A DNA stretch of 64,000 bases from Amoebophrya sp. A120 (Eukaryota; Protista; Dinoflagellata), in assembly GCA_905178155.1 (NCBI GenBank), contig CAJINV010000012.1, forward strand, positions 926,004 to 990,003, in the 5' to 3' direction. The number at the start of each line of letters is the position of its first letter. Positions within the stretch are counted from its first letter, which is position 1. The notes beneath the pieces are model-generated. The model ran no database searches and had not been told where the DNA came from. It worked only from the letters and a program-made list of their open reading frames with translations. A program made the position numbers and the translations under genes. Shown here piece after piece: positions 12,501 to 22,145 of the stretch.

Positions 12501-15500
12501 CGTTTTGTATTGCGCAAAATCACGCATGACAAAATGCATGACAAGAAAAGTTCTTCACTCAAAGCTCCGTGCTGTTTTTGCATGACAAATATGAAAATGC
12601 AAAACGAGAAGAGATGGTAGTCGTTTTTGATGTGATAGCCCGACGGCAAGACAAACAATCACACCCGGCTGCCGGCGCAGAAGGTCATCAAGTACTACGG
12701 CAAGGTCGAGGGAAAGACGAAATTGTTAGCGGAGGTCCGGCCAACGCGCTCGTCTGCCCACATGGACGACATTTTGCGGCTGCGGTGGCCGACGGATCAC
12801 GTCGTGAGATCCGCCATCAAGTACGCAACCGCGCCCAGCAAGCCCGACGCCATGGCGAACGCCGAGAGCCTGCTGTTGCCCAAAGTGTTGACGTCGTACG
12901 GCTTGCTGAGGTCGCAGGTAACAGTCGAAGTCGATAAGTGGGAGGAAGTGGACTATGACGTGTATGGTTTTGATGATTACGGATACCGAATCCGCGAACC
13001 GCCGGCAAGCAGCAGCTCCAAACCGACCGGGTTGAGCGACAACGTGAACAACCGGAACAAGCGGAATTCTTTGGGTGGTGATGCTGAGTTTCTGGATGAT
13101 GGTGATACTAAGAAGAAGCAGAGAAAAGGTTAGGTCGTCAGCATATGTCTACTTGATTCAGTATTGGTCTCCATGTTTCTTTACACAATTACTACAGTGA
13201 AAAACATATTTATACACGCGAGTAAGTACGATGAAACTATATCAGTGATCATGAAGAGACAGACCCAACAGCCACTACCTTTCCCTCCTTTTTCAGGAGG
13301 AATTTTCATCAGGATTCACGATAATACTCATTGCTGCACTCCAGCAATGGGAAAATTTAGAAATCGCCTATCTGTGAATAGGTTAACAAAATTCAAACTG
13401 CAGCTGTGCAGTTTATAAAAATTTGATTACACAAAAGATGAAAAGTATGGAAGTGCTGTCGAAGAACGACAGCAATGCAAATTATTAAAAAATACAATTG
13501 AAAAGATAGTGAAATAGTAAAGAAAAGAAGCACTATCAGACATTACCCGAAGGCGCGCCACATCTATCCGAAAAGTGCAAAACTTTTCGTGATGAAAAAT
13601 TAATTTTTGTATACCTTTCGATTTATTTTCCCACCGGTACTACTTGTAATAAGTCACACCATCAAAACTGCTCTCATTCTGACCGGGCCCTTGCTCTGGA
13701 GCTGGAGCTTGTGCTGTTAGTGTTGTCTATTTTCCGCTTTTTCGGTGCAGATTTTGCCAGTTCCGGGTCGGTTTGTTGTGTTGCTGTCGTTTGCGAAGTG
13801 TCGGCTGTGTCGGTTGTCGCGTTCAGGACCAATAGGATTTGGTCAGCAATCCGATCGGCAGGTACGAACCAACTCTCGAGCCACGTCCTGCGCGGCTTTT
13901 TAATCTCGGTCATCAGCGCCGGGTAGGCTGCCAAGGTAGTTGTCCCGAACTCCCTGTGGATGGATAGAAGTACTCGGTTGAAAACGAAACCCAATAGATG
14001 GTCGCGCTTGCACATGAATAAGCTGCACATTACTGCTACGCATCACAAGTTTCAACATTGTTGTAGTTTTTCTGTCATTTCTACTTCTGCTCTACTGTCC
14101 TGGCACGATGTAGAACCACGCCCACCCTAGAAGCACGCTATTTATACTTATCCGGTTCGTAGATAAATCCATGCTTCCGCAGCTCTTCCCACGGGATGAG
14201 TGCGCTGCTCTTCAAGGGCTTCCCGTAAAGGTGCCTCTCGTCGAAGGATCGCGCGTGCAACAGCAAGAAGTCCGCGTCATCAACGCGGTAACATTCTCCG
14301 TTGGCTCTGTGTTATGTGTTGTTGCTGTATTCAAAGCGAATAGCGAGGCCGGCTATGGGAGCGGTACACAATGGCGTCGGGCAGTTGAAAAAGTACAAAA
14401 ATGCCTTGTCATCTTGCAGCGCAAGGCGATCGGCTCTCCCTTCCGGTCTGTGCGCCACACCAAGTTCTTCTCCTGCACGCGATAGAGAGTTCCATCAGGA
14501 TCGCCTCTCTTGACGATGCACCGATCAAACCCGCCGTATTCTCGTTCGGGGGTAACGTACTGCAATCCACTACCGCGGAGCTGGTGCTCAAAGTAATCAC
14601 GAGAATCCGCCTCCCTCAAGGTAGCCGCACTGTAAACGTGCGCCCTTGGGTCAAAGGGAGCCAACAAATGCGGACGTGATTGGAGCAGGTTCTGGAGGTG
14701 TGCCACGAGGTTGGCTGGCGGTATGTTTTCGCTTGGGTCGTTCAGTGAGTAGCCGTCGTAATCCCGTTGTCTATGGACAATGTGAACGAAAACGTCGGCC
14801 GCGTCGTCGCTCGTGATACCAATAAGAGTGAAGTTGTGCCAGGCACTCTTGTGCCCGTTTAGTGCGAGTCTGATCTTTCGCTCCCAGGCGTCGGCTCTGG
14901 AACTGCCACCCTTGATCTGCACCGTGGCCCAGAGCTCCACCGTGTTCAAATTTTGCGTAAAAGTGTCGTCCTTATTTGCCACTAGGACGTCACTACTTAA
15001 CTCGTGGGTTCGTCGGACGATGAAATGCTGCTCCAATAAGCGAATAAATTCACTAACGCTTTTGTCCTCCGCGTTCTTTGGAATGCTGCCCATCAAACAG
15101 CTGCACGACGTTCAGATGCAAACAAAATCAACAACGTACAGCCTCAAGCGTGACCTAAATCAGAGTGAGAGAAAGTATGTGGCTCAGAGTAGTCCTCCGG
15201 GTGGGGTGTTTCTAAATCAGCCTACTATGATCACCAAATCTCAGGGCCCTGCGATGTTCATTCCCATCACGTAGTAAACGCCTACCCTTATTGGTATAGT
15301 ATCAGACCACTCCCTCTACGTTCTTGCGCATCACATTCATTGCAATACTAGACCGATGGGCCATTTCTGTGTTGTTGTTGACATTGATTCATCTGATAGG
15401 ACCGATCCAGTAGTGTCGCGTAGAGCTAGCATCAAAAACATGGCCTCCGTCGCCGATCTTCGACTTGTCTCGCCGCCGTTCCGACACGAATCCACAATGC

Positions 15501-16015
15501 TACATAGCTTATGGTTAACTAGCTAACTCAGATAAGACTATTATAGTTCAAGCATAATCAAGCTGCATGACCAATCAGTTTGGTAGCTAAACATGCACTG
15601 GAGTACTACCATAGAACATAATATGAAACATGCATACAAAAATTTTTGAACTTTCTCGAAATAAACGTTTTGCCCAAGCCATAAATAGTAACTTGTAATG
15701 CATAAAATCGCTACCAGCTGGAAGCCCACTTTCCCAGCGGTGCATGACAAATCTCGGCACCGCCTAAATCCAGTTTGTCATGCTGTTTAGGCACAGAAGG
15801 CGTCTTTTGTCGTGCTACTTTAGCAGCTCTATCGTAGACCCCAAACAGGGTGGCAGTAGGCCTCACTTGCCATCTCTGCAAGAGAGGCACTTCGTGCCTT
15901 ACAGTTTATGCATGAGAAATTATTTCAACTCTGTCGATTTCAATCCTGACCCTTCCATATGGGACTGGAGAAAAATCGTGTCCGGCTGTCCGCATTCCAC
16001 GACTTTCACCGGCAT
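3526..16015 (-). CDS. Hypothetical host protein (~226 aa) whose first intron contains the 11.2-kb transposon
   Basis: Exons 16015-15960, 4392-4173 and 3930-3526 total 681 nt and join in frame: MPVKVVECGQPDTIFLQSH|LKHALEHLKKAESS...HDTRML|IEQAAQISRVQ. The C-terminal frame is less certain. Confidence 0.7.
3936..4172. mobile_element. Introner, TIR family III (237 bp)
   Basis: TIRs tatgggactctcaagcgttacattctcaactgttac / gtaacagttgagaatgtaacacttgcaaacgccata. TSD CAGCA at 3931-3935 and 4173-4177. Removal restores the ORF. Confidence 0.92.
5148..7256 (+). CDS. Transposon accessory gene A: Pro/Ser-rich protein with a Lys-rich C-terminus, function unknown
   Basis: Coding-like exons at about 5148-5418, 6094-6355, 6434-6895 and 7056-7256, bounded by G(T/C)..AG sites (ccag|gtatc, aacag|caaaac, tcag|gtgcg, cacag|gaacaa). 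How exon 1 links to the rest is uncertain. Confidence 0.6.
8304..13133 (+). CDS. Candidate divergent DDE transposase, multi-exon, more than 1200 aa
   Basis: Phase-0 GT-AG introns 8577-8711 and 8892-9037 join the first ORFs. Further exons at about 9038-9930, 10470-12447 and 12639-13133; exons between 9930 and 10470 are unresolved. Motifs CNTDLT (D 9407), IMACDQGS (D 9614), FGPAH (H 9692) and NCNEVHVNNTR (E 11530) resemble the D...D..xxH...E layout of P/hAT-like transposases. The function is inferred. Confidence 0.6.
13674..15096 (-). CDS. Tandem PD-(D/E)XK-like nuclease with a C-terminal NLS-like motif (5' end may extend upstream)
   Basis: Two D...QxK motifs (SDVLVAN...VQIK; FDRCIV...RVQEK). 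GC-AG intron 14404-14307 and GT-AG intron 14147-13954 join in frame to CYRVDDADFLLLH...LIPWEELRKHG and EFGTTTLAAYP...PKKRKI. Confidence 0.62.
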
Positions 16016-16559
16016 AGTTGAAGATTTCGTGTGTAATTATTCTTGTCCAATCACGAGGAGTGAGGTTGTAATTCTGATTTCAAATTTCCTGTCGAGCAGG
16101 AGCTCCACCACGTTGAGCAAAAAGCTGAAGGCTGACTGAAGCTAAGTCACGATTTTGTGTAATCGGTCCTGCTGTCCAGAGCAACAGTAGCAGCGAAAAC
16201 GATTTCGATTTCGATCTGAACGACAACGATAAAAAGTGCGATGTCGATGAATTTCTCGACGACCAAAGCAAAATGCTTCTTGTACTTACAACTAGAAGAG
16301 GACAGGCGCGAAAAGTATGACGACGAACATCTTTCTACAGCACTCCAAATAACTCGGGCCCGTTTATTTTGCGACTGCGACAAGAAGAACATATTTCAGA
16401 TACAAATTTCAGTACAGGAACCACCTGATGCACAGCAAGATGGACCTGTTACCACGGTAGATGCGATGAAAGCGGTCGGGCTTCGCACCGCCCCAGCAGT
16501 AGACAATCTTGATCCCACTGGAAAACGCTCTCCATCAATTATCTGTCGCTTTATTTATC

Positions 16560-17812
16560 TTAATCTTTCGCGAATACCCATCTGGCGCTTCCAAACTCGA
16601 CAATCGTCTTTCCGGAAAACGTGTGTCCCTCCGCCGCGAGTTTCTTTTTCTGAAGTAGAGCTGCCGACATGGTGCCTTCGCCCCCTCCTCCTGCGTTCTC
16701 ATCCCCGCCGGCAGACTTTGCTTTGCTTGAGCTTGGCTTGTCCTTTGCCGCCTTGATGTCTTTGCTGGTTTTATTGTTTTTGTCATTGGACTTCCGAACC
16801 GATTTTTCTACCTTCATCTTCTTGTTCTCAGCGGACGAAGTTGCTATCGCCTTGCCCTTCACCTTCTCCGCCTCCCTGACCTTCTCATCCACCACCGCGC
16901 CGCCCTTCAATGAGATTCCGCCGCTGCTGTTCACACACCGCCACCAGGGCACGTCGTTCACATCGCAGTCCCGCATGTATGAAATGCAAAAGTGTCTGGG
17001 TCTGGAAGAGTGTGAACTTGTCATGCAGGTTTTCCATGACTCTTGAGGTCTGGAATGCGGCACCTAGCACGACAGAGTCTGCGACGTCTCTTTCATGCCT
17101 ATCCTGCATGAGAAACTCCCTCCCAACTTGGTCGAAAGTGGACAGCTACTTTTGGCACTCATGCAACACAGACTTTTGCATGGTTCGGATTTAGTATGAC
17201 AAGTTGCAATCTTCCAGACCCAGACATTTTTGCAATCCATAGCATGGCGAATCCGACGTGTCTCGCGTGGTTGGGGAGTTTGAGCGCGACGGCAACGTCC
17301 TTGTAGGTGGTAACTTTTCCAGCGGGGACTATGACTTGCTCAAGCGTTACAATCTCAAACGTTACAATAGAATCTGGAATTTGTGTTGCATGATGAGCAT
17401 GACAGACTCGCACAGCGCTCCACCTTTTGCAATACAAATTTCGCCAGATTGTAGTGGTTTTTGGGGCTCCGGAACTTGTCATGCGCAATCCTATGAGGGT
17501 TGGCTAGATCCTGCACTCTTGCATCACAGATTTCCATATTATATTGCAAACGTTTGAGATTGTAACACCTGAGCGGGTTATAGGGACCTGCTTCACTTTC
17601 TCGTACACGAGTTGAGGGAAGAGCTTCCTGGGAGGGGAGGAGCTTCTATTCTGCATCTTCCCGTTCTGCTGTTTATTTTGGTCGTGACGCTCTTGATTTA
17701 TTTTGGGAGTACTAGTGGTGGTGGTGGTTTTCCGCTTTTCAGTAGTGTTTTTCGAAGAAGACGAGGAGGAGCTGGGCGCTGAGGTCGAAATGGACGAGGA
17801 GAATATTGCCAT
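16560..17812 (-). CDS. Alkyltransferase-like (ATL/Atl1, MGMT family) DNA-damage-binding protein (~241 aa)
   Basis: Exons 17812-17583, 17324-17242 and 16972-16560 (726 nt) give VYEKVKQVPAGKVTTYKDVA...ARHVGFAM...DVPWWRCVNSSGGIS...KKLAAEG. Trp occupies the MGMT catalytic Cys position (PWxR), as in ATL proteins. Confidence 0.88.
16978..17241. mobile_element. Introner, TIR family I (264 bp)
   Basis: TIRs tatgaaatgcaaaagtgtctgggtctggaag / cttccagacccagacatttttgcaatccata. TSD GCATG. Removal restores HVGFAM|RDCD. Confidence 0.95.
17330..17582. mobile_element. Introner, TIR family II (253 bp)
   Basis: TIRs tatgacttgctcaagcgttacaatctcaaacg / cgtttgagattgtaacacctgagcgggttata. TSD GGGAC. Removal restores KQVP|AGKV. 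Confidence 0.95.
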
Positions 17813-18566
17813 AGTTGATTTCAATGCGGTTGCTTCGTTGCTTTCTTAATGGTCTGCGTGAGAAGAAAGAAAGATCATATTCTAGGAAGGCTCGACAAAG
17901 TACTAGCAGAGCAGTGAGGACACGACCAGTCGGGAATGAATCAACTAGGCAAGGTCGCGGTACTGCAACGAACCTTCTCGCAGTCGTTTGGTAAGTACAT
18001 TCCGCTCAAGACTGAAACTGCAGCTACGGTCTACAACTTCAAAGAGAACACATCAAAGCGAAACAACGTGAACTTCTTTCGCAGCAGCCAGCAGCCTGCT
18101 CATCAAGAAACACTAAAGATTGTGAGGATGTTGATGTTCATCATTTTACTACGTGTCGATAGCTTTGTCGCTGAAGTTTCGTCCAAATAAAGAACTTATT
18201 TGTCATTTGATTTTGCATCAGTCTGCAAAAATTCTGTTCGCTTGTGCTTGATCTTCCCGATGAAGATGTTGCTTTCATCAACTTGTTCGACGGAGATTAC
18301 CACCGAAGCGGATGCAGAAACAGCAGTATAATTTGCTGCTCGTCCGCGTCAGCATGCAGACGACGGCTCCTTGTTATTCCTTGCTTCAGCTTCCCCCAGC
18401 GATTCCCAGCGTCTCTCTGAGCAAAACACACGACCAGTCGCTCCTCGTCATACGCCGAGGTCGTCTGCTTTTTTTTGCAACCACCGAAAAGCAAGTGTGC
18501 AGGAACGTAATATACGAACTTTTTCGGGCTGCACGAAGATGTTCTTCTTCTGCTTCTTCAACACTC

Positions 18567-21306
18567 CTAGTTGTTCTCCCCCGCGCCCCATTCGCCGGTC
18601 CCCATGTTTTTCGTGGACCGCCCATCCACTACCGGGTTCTGGGCCTTCATGTAGTCGTTGTCGATCCCGACGTTCCTGATCGTGTGCTGTTTCGCCGCCG
18701 CGCGCGATTTCTTGATCGCGGCCTGAAACTCCTCAATCAGCGCTATGTCGCTGTCGCTGAACCCGAGCTTTTGCCGGTCGTAGAAAACTTCTTGGAAGTA
18801 CGGGTCGAGCAAAGGTCGCAACGCGAGTTTTTTCTCCCGTATGTTGAAGAGGGATTCGAGGATCATGGCAAACTCCCGACGGAGAAAAGCCTTCATGACC
18901 GCGTCGTTTGGCGGACGGTAGCGGTAATTTTCGTCCTCGTCGTTCTCTTGGTTCTCGTTGACTAAATTGTTCTCTGCTTGGGAATCGACAGAACTGGCAC
19001 CGGGACCGGGCTTGTTCTGCTGGGACCTGAGATTCGAGGTTTTTTGAGGGGGGAAATTGAGGATTTGGGAGAAAGGAGATACGCCTCATTGTTGAAGACC
19101 TCTTGCAGGAAAGCAGTCATCAAGCCGCTGGTGCAATAGAGGACAACAATGCAGCACAACCAGCACACTGTGGACCCTGATGAAGCAGGAAGATTCTCAC
19201 AAATTGAACAAAAAATCACGTACATAATTGAATAAATTGGAACGCAACTCTTTTCTTTGAAATCAGATTTCAAAAAAAAATCAAACTACCTATTGCCGTC
19301 CCCGGAGGACTTTGCGTCCAATTCCTGCTCCTGCGCGAACAACTGGTCGTGGTTGACTTTCCCCACTGCCGCGCCGAAAAAATCATCCTCGTCGGATTCC
19401 TCCTCGGAGTTGTCGCCTGCTCCTGCGGGGGAAGATGAAGCTGCAGCTGCTTGTTGGTGGGGCTCTTGATCTGCTGGTTCATCTGGTGCAGCTGCACCAG
19501 GCCCAAGACCTTCTTCCTCTATTCTTCTTCTTTTAGGGGAACTAGAATGATCTTTGTCAGGTATAATTCTAGCATTACCCCCACCGTAATTGCTGATCCC
19601 GCCGACGACAGACACAGCGTCCTCTCCCGCGACCGACATGTTGTCTTGATGTTCCGCCAGCATTTGTTCCTGCTGCAAAATCTCCGCGGAAATGTCGTGC
19701 ATCGCATTTTCGCCGTTTGTTGTTCCCGCTGCACGACCAGCTGCTCCAGTAGTGGAGGAGGAGGAAGAAGATCCGCCAGCGATGTTGCTCCCGAGATTGA
19801 TGTTCGACGCCGTGCCTCCATTCTCCCCAACATCGTCTATCTCCTCCTGCTTCACCACGCCTGTGGTCTCCGGCGCGACAAACGCGGGAAACACCGTGTC
19901 GGCGTTTTTCGGCAAACAAACGTTCCGCATTTCCTCGCTGTTGTTGAACTCCAAATCCGGTTGGATCACTTCGGCAACGAATTCCCGGACGAGTTTCATG
20001 CACCGTTCCATCTGGAAGCTGTCGTCCGACTGTTGAATCTTTAAATGGTTCAAGATCAACTGCCACAAGATTTTCACCAGGGGGAACTTCTCGACGAAGT
20101 CGATGTTCAGCTCCAGCATCTTTTCAAACACGATCTTCACATCGTTGAAGGATTCATAGTGCTGGCACGCGTGGCCGGTTTGGACCAAGCGCTGTATGGC
20201 TTCAAACGCGTAACACCGATTATCCCAATCCATCTGTTCCTCCACCCACCGTTTCAAAAACGGCATGGATTTCGTGAACCGCGGCCGCTGCTCGATGTGC
20301 TGCAAAACCCGCTTCAGCATGTCGATCGCGTCGATGGGTTTGTTCATGACCGTCGGAAGTTGCTTCTTGATCTTCTCCGCTTTCAGTTTCAAATACTGCC
20401 GCTTCATTTTCATGCGGATTAACTGCTCCTTCGTCAAGGGGCGGCCGTTTTGTCCGGGGAGCAGCGCAACTCCGTGCTTGTTGTACTGGTGTTTGGAAAA
20501 GTGTAACCTCCTCGCGTCCTGCTCCTGCTGCCGTATTCGCGCGATGTTCTGCGCGTGCTTCTTCATCTCCTTGGATTGGTGGTTGTAAAATCCGTCTAGC
20601 TCCCTTTCCTTCTATGACAGTACACAACTCCCCCTCCCCCTTGTTTGTCATGCAAAATACCCAATCCACCCCTTGCCTCTTGGCGCTGTTTGCATGAGAA
20701 GTTCTGGTAGCCCAAATAGCACTACACTCCAGTGCAGATTTGTCATGCAAAACCGGCATTCTTGCTGATGCTTGTATTGCCGCTCATGCTACACAAATGA
20801 GGGGGAGGGGGAGCTGTGCACTGTCATACCTTCCGCGACCGGCCCAGCAGCTGCTCGGCCGGCTTGTTGAAGCGACGCTGCACCTGCTCGAAAGCTTCGT
20901 TGAGCTGTAGTTGTTTTTTATAGGGTTTTGTTGGCGTTGTAGCAGCACTACAAGCAGATCACATTATTTCGTAGTCGTTCTGCAACTGCATCTGCTCATG
21001 GAATAAAACTTCATCTTTAAATAACGCGACTGCGAGGTCCTCGTCGCTGTGGCTGTGGTCCTACATGAAATATTAACACAGACTCAAATAGAAACCTGCC
21101 GTAAATAAACCAGCCAGCAAATACTATACCTTCGCAGCCTCGTACTTCTTCGCGTCTGCATCTTTTGTTTTCCCAGTCGCCTGCAATTTCGCGACTTCCT
21201 CTTTCAAAGCCTTCCATCTTTTTTTCACCCTTTGTCGCACGCGCTCCAGATCCGCCTTCGTCTTAATCTGGAATTCCTCGAAGCCAACCAGCTTGTAGCA
21301 ATCCAT
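18567..21306 (-). CDS. Multi-exon hypothetical protein with an N-terminal J-domain-like region lacking HPD
   Basis: MDCYKLVG...EAAK, then a GT-AG intron, then LNEAFEQVQRRF...RSRK, then an introner, then ERELDGF joined to ORF 19286-20566, then an intron and a last exon ending at 18567. The J-domain resemblance is weak. Confidence 0.65.
20613..20828. mobile_element. Introner, singleton TIR family (216 bp)
   Basis: TIRs tatgacagtacacaactccccctccccct / agggggagggggagctgtgcactgtcata. TSD CCTTC. Removal restores RSRK|ERELD. Confidence 0.92.
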
Positions 21307-22145
21307 TTTTGAGATTTATTTTTGGTCTTCTGGTCGTGTCTTCAAGAGTGCTCGTTGATGATGGTTTTTCGATACTAGTACCAACAAAATTGCGGAGCGT
21401 AGGCTTAGGAGCCGTAGTTGCCGTTCATCAATTCAAGCGTGCATTTCCATTTTTGATACCAAACTCCTATTGTCACCATCAAGGTGGTCAACATGAACAT
21501 ACTATTTCTAGGACGAAATATATGGGAACAGGTTGGATTGTAGGTACGCTTGGGGTAATACGTTGAAGGGGATGAGGCATCAATCTATCTTCAAGTTTGG
21601 AAAAAACGGCGCAAGGGGATGAAGAACATATCATCTGTGTTGGGTTGGGAGTTGGTCCTGTTTCATTGTTTGAGTCTTTTCTTCACAAAATCTTCTGCAA
21701 CATTTGCATTTGAGAACGACTACTTTCTGTTTCTGTTTTTCCTGTTGCATGCGAAGGCGCAACTTATCGTTATCGGAGACGAAGCCAGAACTTACTTATT
21801 TGTTTCTTGATCCTCGATTCTACTTCAGAATCGCATGATGAAATTTTGTGATCCGTCCTTCTGATTTCATTTTCAATTATTCCGTTTTGTTTCTTCCTAG
21901 TTTCTGTTTTCACCGTCAAACATTCCGACATCCCAGGATCTGCACGAGGAACACACAGATATAGTATCGCGGACTCCTCGAAGATGAGCTACCGTTCTTG
22001 CTCAGCACCACAACTTCCGCCCGAGGACGCCAAGAACGAATGTCTTCACGTGTTGTAGTTGCGCTGCGCATTTTTGCTTTATTCTGTCAAATGAGTTCTT
22101 ACGAAAACTTCCAAATCATTTTCAAGTAGAATCTGATCGGCAACA

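Larger units (their letters stand above)
4441..15683. mobile_element. Large TIR DNA transposon (11,243 bp) with a 5-bp TSD, carrying three genes
   Basis: Perfect 54-bp outer TIR tatggcttgggcaaaacgtttatttcgagaaagttcaaaaatttttgtatgcat (4441-4494, reverse complement 15630-15683). Near-perfect inner IR block 4591-4648 / 15476-15533. TSD AATAG at 4436-4440 and 15684-15688. Confidence 0.93.
4398..15959. mobile_element. Introner, TIR family IV (about 314 bp when rejoined), split by the nested 11.2-kb element
   Basis: Left part 4398-4440 (tatgggagtgtcaggattgaaatcaac...) and right part 15689-15959 (...gatttcaatcctgacccttccata). TSD TGGAA/TGGGA. The rejoined sequence matches intact copies at 61172-61484 and 27383-27690. 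Confidence 0.88.

Noticed and set aside
4441-15683. Classification as Transib or Polinton because of the 5-bp TSD and large size
   Set aside because: No CAC...GTG ends, and no recognisable PolB, retroviral-type integrase or capsid motifs.
16981-17240. Recurrent peptides such as MQKCLGLE, CKSVWVW, ANMSGSG and PDPDTF in many small ORFs
   Set aside because: They are translations of the family I introner TIR, not a protein family.
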